In this document: one piece after another, positions 1 to 7,479 of the stretch
Position numbering within the stretch: position 1 is the stretch's first letter
Layout: every line of letters starts with the position of its first letter
Assembly (NCBI GenBank): GCA_049294475.1
Contig: JBAQCV010000043.1
Coordinates: 1-45,839, forward strand
DNA length: 45,839 nt
Direction: 5' to 3'
Source: Candidatus Moraniibacteriota bacterium
GTDB taxonomy: Bacteria; Patescibacteriota; Minisyncoccia; Moranbacterales; UBA1568
Notes under the pieces: model-generated
What the model was told of the DNA's origin: nothing
Databases searched by the model: none
The model's input: the letters and a program-made list of their open reading frames with translations, nothing else
Made by a program: the position numbers and the translations under genes

Positions 1-543
1 GAGATAACGATCGACATCGATGACGTTGCCCAGAAAGTATCCCAGCAGCACCAAGCCAAAGGTCCACAACAGCGCACCGATCAGATTATAGACGAAGAAC
101 GTGCGATACTTCATATTCGCCACCCCCGCCACTATCGGCGCGAAAGTCCTCACGATAGGCATAAAACGGGCGAGTAGGATCGTTTTCGGCCCATGCTTGT
201 CATAAAAACTCTGCGCTTTGAGCGCATGCGCTTTCTTGAATATCAGCGAATCCTCCCGGCTGAACAGCCTCGGCCCGATGCGGCGGCCGAACTCATAGCC
301 GAACACATTGCCCAAAACAGCAGAAAGAAACAATCCGACGATGAGCACGGGAAGCGAGAAGAAATCACCCGCCGCGAGAAATCCGGCGACGAACAGCAGG
401 CTGTCTCCGGGCAGAAAAAATCCAAGAAACAATCCTGTTTCCGCAAATACGATCGTGAACAGTCCCGCATACCCTACGGCCTTGATAAGCCCGACCAAGT
501 CTCCACGAAACACCCCATCGATGAATACCTGCACAAAATCCAT
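1..543 (-). CDS. DedA/SNARE-associated family membrane protein (3' end runs off the window)
   Basis: Manual translation from ATG at 543-541 stays open to position 1. It reads MDFVQVFIDG...FAETGLFLGFFLPGDSLLFVAGFL...LARFMPIVRTFAPIVAGVANMKYRTFFVYN, a typical DedA signature. It is absent from the ORF track because it is open at the window edge. Confidence 0.85.
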   Translation of the reverse strand, partial: MDFVQVFIDGVFRGDLVGLIKAVGYAGLFTIVFAETGLFLGFFLPGDSLLFVAGFLAAGDFFSLPVLIVGLFLSAVLGNVFGYEFGRRIGPRLFSREDSLIFKKAHALKAQSFYDKHGPKTILLARFMPIVRTFAPIVAGVANMKYRTFFVYNLIGALLWTFGLVLLGYFLGNVIDVDRYL

Positions 544-595
544 AGCACTCTCCTTTAGTAGATTATCTTCTCCAGTATACTCGAGAAACGGCAAT

Positions 596-624
596 TGAAA
601 AACCCTAGCATACCAGCCAGGGCT
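596..624 (-). terminator. Putative intrinsic terminator after rplL
   Basis: Stem CCCTAG (603-608) / CCAGGG (617-622) has one mismatch. On the minus strand it is followed by TTTTT (A-run 598-602), 24 nt past the rplL stop. Confidence 0.45.
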
Positions 625-647
625 TTCAAAAGCGTGTTTTGAATCAG

Positions 648-1049
648 TTACTTCAAGGTGACAGTCGCACCGGCTTCCTCGAGCTTCTTCTTGAAATTCT
701 CGGCGTCGGCCTTGGAGACTTTCTCCTTGATGACCTTCGGAGCGGCATCTACCATATCCTTGGCCTCCTTCAAGCCCAATCCGGTGATTTCGCGCACGGC
801 CTTGATGGCATTGATCTTCTGAGCACCGGCAGCGGTCAGCTCGACATCGAATTCCGTCTTTTCTTCGACGGCTTCCGCAGCGGCGGCAGGAGCGACTCCC
901 ATCATCATAGGGGCGGCGGCTGATACGCCGAACTTGTCCTCGAGCACTTTCACGAGCTCGGAAAGATCCAGCACGCTCATCTTCTCGATTTCCGCCACGA
1001 GTTTCTCAAACTTCTCCGGCACTACGACTTCCTTCTTTTCCTCTGTCAT
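648..1049 (-). CDS. rplL: 50S ribosomal protein L7/L12
   Basis: The 133-aa product has the Ala-rich hinge ([18 protein letters not shown]) and the C-terminal [24 protein letters not shown]...[10 protein letters not shown]. Confidence 0.97.
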   Translation of the reverse strand: MTEEKKEVVVPEKFEKLVAEIEKMSVLDLSELVKVLEDKFGVSAAAPMMMGVAPAAAAEAVEEKTEFDVELTAAGAQKINAIKAVREITGLGLKEAKDMVDAAPKVIKEKVSKADAENFKKKLEEAGATVTLK

Positions 1050-1139
1050 ATGTTTGACGTTAGAATAAATTACTTGAATTAATCACATTATTGAAATCCC
1101 CTATCTTGTATCACGTATCTTACATCCTGTATCCTCCCC

Positions 1140-1661
1140 TTACGCTTTCTTCCCCTCAACAGCCTTCAGCACCTGCACCAACCCGCGGAGATTGCCTCCC
1201 AACACCCGGACAAAGCTCGCGATCGGAGCCTGAAGCGTCCGGACGAGTTGCGCGCGGAGCTCGTCCTGGCTCGGCAGCTTGGCAAGAGCCTTGACCTCAT
1301 CCACCGAAAGCTCTTCGATACCGAGTGTGCCTCCCTCGATCGTCAACGGGACATCCTCATGGGTTTTAGCAAACGCTGCAAGCACTTTGGCGGCAGTGAC
1401 TTCATCTTGGGAAAATGCGACGCCGATCTGCCCCTCGAGCTTTCTCACATTGACAGCGACGCCGGCTTCTTTGAGCGCAAGGTTCAAAAGGGTTTTCTTG
1501 AGCACCTGCCAACCGGAACCGTTTTTCGAGAGTTCCTTCCGGACGGTCGTGACATCCTTCACCGATACGCCCTTGAAGTTCGCGAAGACCAATGCCTTGG
1601 ATCCCTTGATCTTTTTTGCCACTTCTGCGACGAGTGCCTGCTTCTGTCGTTTATTCTGCAT
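1140..1661 (-). CDS. rplJ: 50S ribosomal protein L10
   Basis: An L10-like sequence starts at MQNKRQKQALVAEVAKKIKGSKALVFANFKGVSVKD. The ORF-track start at 1742 would add 27 non-conserved residues and would read through a leader hairpin, so I chose the internal ATG at 1661. Confidence 0.9.
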   Translation of the reverse strand: MQNKRQKQALVAEVAKKIKGSKALVFANFKGVSVKDVTTVRKELSKNGSGWQVLKKTLLNLALKEAGVAVNVRKLEGQIGVAFSQDEVTAAKVLAAFAKTHEDVPLTIEGGTLGIEELSVDEVKALAKLPSQDELRAQLVRTLQAPIASFVRVLGGNLRGLVQVLKAVEGKKA

Positions 1662-1887
1662 ACATGGATAGTTACGAAAAAATCTGCGGAGTAAACCGCA
1701 GACGTGAGAAAAATCTCTTTCAAAACAGCCTCTTGACGCCATCTTTCCGACTATCGTCGAGAGCTTGTTCCTCGTGAGGACTTACTGTGCCTCGCCATAG
1801 GCCGCTGTGGCCGCAGGCGGGTATGCCTCATGTCTACGGATATCTTATTGTATGCCCATGGTACTGGAAATTCCTTTTCTTGTCAAC
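1662..1887 (-). promoter_or_regulatory. rplJ promoter plus about 190-nt leader ending in a terminator-like hairpin (L10-leader-like attenuator candidate)
   Basis: Minus strand carries TTGACA (1886-1881), a 17-nt spacer and TACCAT (1863-1858). Hairpin CTGCGG-6nt-CCGCAG (1684-1701) is followed on the minus strand by ATTTTTT (1683-1677), 15 nt before the rplJ ATG. Confidence 0.4.
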
Positions 1888-2292
1888 TCAGGCTTTCGGC
1901 TCTGCCTCGGTCGAGGTCAGCGTGGCTTCTGCCGCTGCGGCGGGATCGGTTTCGGCTTGGATAGCAGCTTCTTCGATCTTCGTCTCTTCAGCCGGTGCGG
2001 CTTCGATGGCGGCTTCTGCCGCGACAGGCAGCGGAATCTTTTTCGTGATTTTCTTGCCGGTTACCACTCCCTCACGAACCAGCAGATTGAATACCGTCGG
2101 CGATGGCTGCGCTCCCTGTCCGATCCAATGCAGGATACGGTCTTTTTTCAGAACGGATACTTTTTTATGCGGATCATAGCTGCCCAAAATCTCCACATGG
2201 CGCTTGCCTGGGGCTTTGGTATGTTCCTGCAACGTGATGCGAAAAGACGCATGATTTCTCTTGCCGGTACGGTTGAAACGGATTGCCAACAT
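1888..2292 (-). CDS. rpsP: 30S ribosomal protein S16 with Ala/Glu-rich C-terminal tail
   Basis: The sequence MLAIRFNRTGKRNHASFRITL...GSYDP...RILHWIGQGAQPS is canonical S16. The last roughly 50 aa are low-complexity A/E-rich. Confidence 0.93.
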   Translation of the reverse strand: MLAIRFNRTGKRNHASFRITLQEHTKAPGKRHVEILGSYDPHKKVSVLKKDRILHWIGQGAQPSPTVFNLLVREGVVTGKKITKKIPLPVAAEAAIEAAPAEETKIEEAAIQAETDPAAAAEATLTSTEAEPKA

Positions 2293-2325
2293 AGCGAGTA
2301 TACGGATTCAGATAATACAAACCCA

Positions 2326-2354
2326 ATGCTAACTCTTTTTCAAAATCCTGTCAA
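2326..2354 (-). promoter_or_regulatory. Putative sigma70-type promoter of rpsP
   Basis: Minus strand carries TTGACA (2354-2349), a 17-nt spacer and TAGCAT (2331-2326), about 30 nt upstream of the rpsP ATG. Confidence 0.35.
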
Positions 2355-2372
2355 CATGACGCGCACAAACGC

Positions 2373-4724
2373 TTACACCTTGAATCTCCCGCCTTCCTCT
2401 ACCTGATCGAGACGGATGGAGAGAAGCTGCGAGATACCGTCGGCACCCATCGTCACGCCATAGAGCAGTCCGGCCTGTGTCATCGTCTCGCGATTGTGCG
2501 TGATGGCGATGAATTGGGTATGTAGGGAAAGCTCGCGAAGCATCGTGCCAAAACGCCGGGAATTGGCCTCATCGAGAGCGGCCTCCACCTCATCAAGCAC
2601 CGAAAACGGGGGCGGATTGTGAGCAATGATTGCGAACAGGAGCGCCAGTGACGTCAGCGAGCGCTCACCGCCCGAGAGCATAGAAAGATTCGTGATCTTC
2701 TTCCCAGGCGGGCAAGCGAAAATCTCGATGCCTATCTCATCATCCGCCTCCTTTTCCTCCTCATCATTTTCCGCATCTTCACTCGGTGTTCCATCTCCTC
2801 CGCGTGCACGGTGACGGATGTTCACTATTTCCAGTTCCGCCTTGCCACCGCCGAAAATGATTTTGAAATACGCCTCGAACTTCTTGTTGATTTCCTTGAA
2901 AGCCTCATGGAACACCTTGTCGATCTTCTGCTCCATTTCCCGGATGACCGTATGCAGGGACTCCGTCGCTTGCTTCAGATCCGCCGATTCGTGCGTCAAG
3001 AACTCGAAACGCTTCTCCGTCTCCTGATATTCCTCCACCACGAGCGGATCGATGGTGCCGATATGCTCGACTTCCACCTTGAGCCGCGCGATTTCCCGTT
3101 CTAGTTTTTCGCGCTCCACGACGGTACCGTCATACCGGAGATCGTCCGTCCGCATCGCGAGTTCCCCCTGCACGAGCGCCACGAGATCCTCCTCGCGCAC
3201 TTCGACGCGTGCCAGACGCACTTTCACCTCGTTTAGCTGATCCTTCAGTCGTGTCAGCAATTGTTCTTTTTCGCGCCATTCTTTTTCCTTGGCAAAGAAC
3301 GTCTCGCGGCTGGTGCGCCCCGCTGCGCGGATCGCCGCAAGCGTCTGTTCCTGCGCCATGATATCTCTTTGCAAAGCTTCCGACTGCTTGCCACACTGTT
3401 CTTTTTCTTTCGTAAAAGCTACTAGGCGTGCATCGCTAGCAACCTTTTCCTCATCCGGCAGGGACATCACCTTTGATTCTTTTACGCTCCCCTCTCCGGC
3501 CTTCTCATCAAGTTCGTGCAGTTTCCGCTTGATCGCTTCGGCGAATTCGCGGATATCCTGAAGATCCTCCAGTTTCTCGACATGTCGTATACGATCGATA
3601 AGTGTCGTCTGATCCGTCCGGATTTCGTCTAGCGCCCTTCGGACATACGTGAGATCCACCGGTATCACGCGTATGATCTCCCGTTCCTTCTGTTTTTCCT
3701 TCTCGATCTCGATTTTCCCATCCAGGATGCTCCCATCCCGCAACATGACGTTGGTCTCGTCACGCAATGCACGGAGTATGCGGTCGATCTCCTCTTCTGT
3801 ACTCCGATCTTCCATCGCGTCCGATGCCTCTGTCACTTCACGCTCGAGCGTATTCGTCTCCACTTCCAAATCAAAAACCTGTTTTTGCGCCTTATCGCGT
3901 TCGTTCGCGAGCATTTCACGCTCTCCTTGAAAAGTATCCCACAAGAAACCATACAACAGCATTTGTTTTTCCCGCAATCGGAGCGCGACCGTTTTTCCCT
4001 GCGAGGCCTTTTCCGCCTGACGGCGCAGGTTCTTCAGATGCGGCTCGATTTCCGCGGTCAGGCTGTCCACACGCACCAGATTCTCGCGAGTGCTCTCCAG
4101 TTTGCGGAGCGCGCGCTCCTTCTCTATCTGATACTGTTTCACACCGGCCGCGTCTTCGAAGATAGAACGTCTCTCTATCGGCGTCGCGGAGAGCACCGCG
4201 TCCGACATACCCTGCGTGATGACGCAGTAGCTATCCTTGCCGATACCCGCTTTCGCCAAGAGGTCCACGATATCCATCAGACGCACGCGGGCGCCATTGA
4301 TGAGATATTCGCTCTCTCCGCTCCTGTAGATCTTCCGCGTGATAGACACTTCCGCGAATTCTATCGGGATGCGCTGGTCGGTATTGTCGAAATACAGCGT
4401 CACCGAGGCGGTACCGAGACGCGCCTTCTTGTCCGTGCCGGCGAAAATCACGTCTTCGGATTTCTTGCCGCGCAGGTTCTTCAGCGACTGCTCGCCGATC
4501 GCCCAGCGGATCGCATCGGCCACGTTCGACTTGCCGCTGCCGTTCGGTCCCACGATCGCCGTGATGCCACGATTCGCAACGCTTCGCGTTGCGACACGGG
4601 CAGGCGCGCCGCCATCAGCGTCAGGTGTACCCGCCACCACTTCGGTATCGGCTGGCAAAAAATGAAGTGCCGTCTTATTGGCAAAGGATTTGAATCCGTT
4701 GATTTCGAGTTTCTTGAGATACAT
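2373..4724 (-). CDS. smc: SMC-family chromosome partition ATPase, short (783 aa), no recognisable hinge
   Basis: The N-terminal head has FKSF...IVGPNGSGKSN (Walker A). The C-terminal head has LSGGERSLTSLALLFAI (signature) and PFSVLDEVEAALD (Walker B). The GTIDPLVVEEYQE..RFEFL junction is present. Only about 370 aa of heptad-like sequence lie between the heads. Confidence 0.85.
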   Translation of the reverse strand: MYLKKLEINGFKSFANKTALHFLPADTEVVAGTPDADGGAPARVATRSVANRGITAIVGPNGSGKSNVADAIRWAIGEQSLKNLRGKKSEDVIFAGTDKKARLGTASVTLYFDNTDQRIPIEFAEVSITRKIYRSGESEYLINGARVRLMDIVDLLAKAGIGKDSYCVITQGMSDAVLSATPIERRSIFEDAAGVKQYQIEKERALRKLESTRENLVRVDSLTAEIEPHLKNLRRQAEKASQGKTVALRLREKQMLLYGFLWDTFQGEREMLANERDKAQKQVFDLEVETNTLEREVTEASDAMEDRSTEEEIDRILRALRDETNVMLRDGSILDGKIEIEKEKQKEREIIRVIPVDLTYVRRALDEIRTDQTTLIDRIRHVEKLEDLQDIREFAEAIKRKLHELDEKAGEGSVKESKVMSLPDEEKVASDARLVAFTKEKEQCGKQSEALQRDIMAQEQTLAAIRAAGRTSRETFFAKEKEWREKEQLLTRLKDQLNEVKVRLARVEVREEDLVALVQGELAMRTDDLRYDGTVVEREKLEREIARLKVEVEHIGTIDPLVVEEYQETEKRFEFLTHESADLKQATESLHTVIREMEQKIDKVFHEAFKEINKKFEAYFKIIFGGGKAELEIVNIRHRARGGDGTPSEDAENDEEEKEADDEIGIEIFACPPGKKITNLSMLSGGERSLTSLALLFAIIAHNPPPFSVLDEVEAALDEANSRRFGTMLRELSLHTQFIAITHNRETMTQAGLLYGVTMGADGISQLLSIRLDQVEEGGRFKV

Positions 4725-4730
4725 GTTCCG

Positions 4731-4840
4731 TAAATTTCAAAATCAAAATGACAAATTTCAAATCAATATCAAAACACAAAATAACAAAGCCTCGCCCAAG
4801 TTATTTTTGACATTTGGCATTTAAACTTTGACATTATTTA
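4731..4840 (-). repeat. AT-rich inverted-repeat leader element, copy upstream of smc
   Basis: TTTGACATT occurs at 4806-4814 and 4827-4835. AAATGCCAAAT (reverse complement) lies within 4811-4822. The opposing arm at 4731-4788 ends 6 nt before the smc ATG. Confidence 0.7.
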
Positions 4841-4912
4841 GAGTATACCCCATTCCAAGCCAAAAGAAAAAGGCGCGACCGTGCCCCATGCATGCCTGCC
4901 CTACAGCCATAA

Positions 4913-5611
4913 TCACTGCCAGCCCTTTTTGAGGAGCCCTTGTTTGGCCGCTTCGCGCTGAGCATCCTGTTTGGATGCGCCCTCGCCTTCGGCTACCAGT
5001 TCCTCGTCCAGGAATACGCCGGCGGTGAAACGCCTGTCATGATCCGGGCCCCATTCCTTCAACACGCGATAATTCGGCGTGATGCCGGACTTTTCCTGCG
5101 CCAGTTCCTGAAAACGGCTTTTCGGATCGGTATGGAGCCCCTGTGCCAGCACGTCATCGAGGTGTATCATGATATGACCCTCGATGAAATCCTTCGCCGC
5201 GTCATATCCCTGATCGAGATAAATCGCGCCGATGACGGATTCCATCGCATTGGCAACGAGATAGCCGCGCGCCCGGCCGGTATCTTTGGCCTCGCCGCGA
5301 CTCATCAGGAGAAAATCCTGCAGCCCCAGATCATGTCCGATCTTCCCGAGCATGTCACCGTTGACGAGCGCCGCACGAAAACTGGTGAGTTCCCCTTCCG
5401 GATTCTCGAAATGATCGAAGAGATATCTGGTCACGACCAATTCGAGCACCGCATCTCCGAGGAATTCCAATCGTTCATTCTGCGGATACTTGTACCCTTT
5501 GTGCTCATTGAGATATGAACGATGCGTCAGAGCCTCGTGAAACAAGGCTGGATTCTTGATATCGATACCGAGCTTTTCCTTCACTTGTTCGAGGTGTATC
5601 GGCGTTTCCAT
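4913..5611 (-). CDS. rnc: Ribonuclease III
   Basis: The ERLEFLGDAVLELVV signature motif is present, and the C-terminal dsRBD-like segment reads DPKSRFQELAQE... Confidence 0.95.
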   Translation of the reverse strand: METPIHLEQVKEKLGIDIKNPALFHEALTHRSYLNEHKGYKYPQNERLEFLGDAVLELVVTRYLFDHFENPEGELTSFRAALVNGDMLGKIGHDLGLQDFLLMSRGEAKDTGRARGYLVANAMESVIGAIYLDQGYDAAKDFIEGHIMIHLDDVLAQGLHTDPKSRFQELAQEKSGITPNYRVLKEWGPDHDRRFTAGVFLDEELVAEGEGASKQDAQREAAKQGLLKKGWQ

Positions 5612-5662
5612 GGTGTTTCCGTATGCTGAAGAGAAAAGCGTCTCTCTGACGCTTGCGTCGTG

Positions 5663-6184
5663 TCACTTTTTTGGAGCGGTCTTGCCTGTTTTCCTGGCTT
5701 TTTCTTTTTTCTCCTGCGCCTCGAGATTGCGCTTGTGATTTTCCGAGATGTCGTCTTTCATCGGTTCACCCATCTCGCGATAGATCGTGCCGAGCACGCC
5801 GTTTATGAAACGCGGGCTGCTATCGCTCCCGAATGTCTTGGCGAGTTCGATAGCCTCATTGATGGCGACTTTCGGCGGCACCTCGTCATAATTCCCGAAC
5901 ATCAGCTCATAGATCCCGAGGCGCAGTATGTTCCGATCTATCACCGTCACCTGTTCGAGCGGCCATTCCGGCGCGCATTTCTCGATAAGCCGATCAATCG
6001 TCTTGCGTTCGCGAAGCGTCCCCTCCATCAGGTGTCCGGAAAAAACCGCGTCCTCCAGCCCGGGCGCGAATTCGAGGATGTTGCGCTTCAGGATCTCGCG
6101 GAAGTTCTCATCGTGCTTGCCTTGAAAATCCCACTCAAAGAGGGATTGCATCGCTACTGACCTTTGAAGGTGCCGATTCGCCAT
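5663..6184 (-). CDS. nusB: Transcription antitermination factor NusB with Lys-rich C-terminal tail
   Basis: The pattern [11 protein letters not shown]...[13 protein letters not shown]...[27 protein letters not shown] is typical of NusB. Confidence 0.85.
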   Translation of the reverse strand: MANRHLQRSVAMQSLFEWDFQGKHDENFREILKRNILEFAPGLEDAVFSGHLMEGTLRERKTIDRLIEKCAPEWPLEQVTVIDRNILRLGIYELMFGNYDEVPPKVAINEAIELAKTFGSDSSPRFINGVLGTIYREMGEPMKDDISENHKRNLEAQEKKEKARKTGKTAPKK

Positions 6185-6254
6185 GTTGGTTTTGAAAGCC
6201 TAAGAAACATATGCGTGCCCCTGGCTCGGAAGCGGAGGGGCAGATATCCGCATC

Positions 6255-6467
6255 TTAGGCGGTTTTTTTCTTTTTCTCGGATTTGAGTTTCGGGGTCGTG
6301 TTCACCATTTCCTTGCCTTTGTATGTTCCGCATTTCGGGCAGACGCGGTGCGGAAGCACGCGAGCCTGACATTTGGGACACTCCTGGGTCTTCACCAGGG
6401 TGACATCGTATTGCTTGCGCGCGCGATCGCGGCGATGGCGGGTATGCCGTTGCTTGGGTAATGCCAT
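6255..6467 (-). CDS. rpmF: 50S ribosomal protein L32
   Basis: MALPKQRHTRHRRDRAR...CPKCQARVLPHRVCPKCGTYKG contains the L32 zinc-ribbon (CxxC...CxxC). Confidence 0.93.
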   Translation of the reverse strand: MALPKQRHTRHRRDRARKQYDVTLVKTQECPKCQARVLPHRVCPKCGTYKGKEMVNTTPKLKSEKKKKTA

Positions 6468-6525
6468 ATCGGTAAAAAATTATTAACGTTCTTACTGTAA
6501 CACCCCTTTTTACTTTTGACAAGGC

Positions 6526-7299
6526 TCACGAGCGTTTTTTCGGCTTCAAGACATTGGCGAAGCGCCTGTTCGCGTTTTCCGGAAGCGATAGGAGTACGGG
6601 CTTGAATGACATCCGATGGATGGGCGATGGCCCGAGGCGGCGCAGAGCTTCCATATGCGTTTTCGTGCCATAGCCTTTGTGCTTGGCAAAACCGTAGCCT
6701 GGATATTCTTTATCGTATGCCACAATCATCCGATCGCGCGTCACCTTGGCAACGATAGATGCGGCGGCGATCGATTTGACTATCCCGTCCCCGCCGATGA
6801 CCGCTTCCTGTTTCAGTGAGATATTCGGTATTTCCTGATTTCCATCAACAAGCAGGAAAAAATCTTCATCTTGCAGTTTTTGCTGACTGCCTGCCTGTCC
6901 GGTAGGCAGGTTGACTGCTAACTGTTTCCTGAGCGAAGCGATGGCGCTTTTCATCGCGAGAAATGTCGCCTGGAGGATATTTACCCGGTCAATCGTCTCC
7001 GCGTTTATGATACCGATACCCACATCAAAATACTCAAGGATAAAATCAAATACCCGCTCTCGCTGCTTTTCCGAGAGCTTCTTCGAATCCCGAACCAGAT
7101 TCCACATCTTTGTGTTTTCCTGATTCCTGATTCCGAATTCCTGATTCCTCAAAGAGACCGCCGCCGCCACTACCGGCCCCGCCAGAGGCCCCCGTCCCGC
7201 CTCATCTACGCCGATGACGCACCGATGCCCCAGAAGCCTTTTCTGCCGCTCTTTTTCAAATGTTGTTTGTTGCATGGTTTCATTATATACTACATACAT
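6526..7299 (-). CDS. rnhB: Ribonuclease HII with two in-frame insertions; the start may be the ATG at 7275
   Basis: Motifs GVDEAGRGPLAGPVVAAAV, DSKKLSEKQRE, LLVDGN, AASIVAKVTRD and GYGFAKHKGYGT are present. The insertions were judged against the recalled E. coli RnhB sequence. Confidence 0.93.
   Translation of the reverse strand: MYVVYNETMQQTTFEKERQKRLLGHRCVIGVDEAGRGPLAGPVVAAAVSLRNQEFGIRNQENTKMWNLVRDSKKLSEKQRERVFDFILEYFDVGIGIINAETIDRVNILQATFLAMKSAIASLRKQLAVNLPTGQAGSQQKLQDEDFFLLVDGNQEIPNISLKQEAVIGGDGIVKSIAAASIVAKVTRDRMIVAYDKEYPGYGFAKHKGYGTKTHMEALRRLGPSPIHRMSFKPVLLSLPENANRRFANVLKPKKRS
7121..7148 (-). repeat. Four tandem heptamers (TGATTCC TGATTCC GAATTCC TGATTCC) inside rnhB coding sequence
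   Basis: Read directly from the sequence. The block is translated in frame as RNQEFGIRNQ. The same heptamer unit occurs in intergenic hairpins at 19.2 and 31.4 kb. Confidence 0.8.
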
Positions 7300-7352
7300 A
7301 ACTTTCCCTGCAAAACCCAGCGATTCGTCCGGGCTATGAGGGAATCCACGAC

Positions 7353-7473
7353 AATGTCAAAGCTCAAATGCCAAATTTCAAATTCCGCTTCGTCATTTTC
7401 GGCGCGGTTTTTTTATTTGGAGTTTTGAGTATTGGGATGTGATTTGACATTTGATATTTTGATTTTGACATTC
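7353..7473 (+). repeat. AT-rich inverted-repeat leader element, copy upstream of dnaE
   Basis: AATGTCAAAGCTCAAATGCCAAAT begins at 7353. TTTGACATT occurs at 7443-7451 and 7464-7472. The distal arm ends 4 nt before the dnaE ATG at 7480. Confidence 0.7.
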
Positions 7474-7479
7474 GGAACT

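Noticed and set aside
3885-4733. 282-aa plus-strand ORF, with other 60-130-aa ORFs across 2.6-4.7 kb
   Set aside because: All are antisense or alternate-frame shadows of smc, whose own frame carries the Walker A, signature and Walker B motifs.
6154-6522. 122-aa ORF overlapping rpmF
   Set aside because: It is an alternate frame of the L32 gene and spacer. L32 has the conserved zinc-ribbon, whereas this ORF has no features.
7432-7479. Upstream ATG start for dnaE proposed by the ORF track
   Set aside because: The extra 16 codons (MGCDLTFDILILTFGT) are simply the TTTGACATT repeat arm read in frame. The conserved PHP N-terminus begins at MFTHLHVHSHYSLL (7480). The smc leader shows the same CGGAAC-ATG junction.
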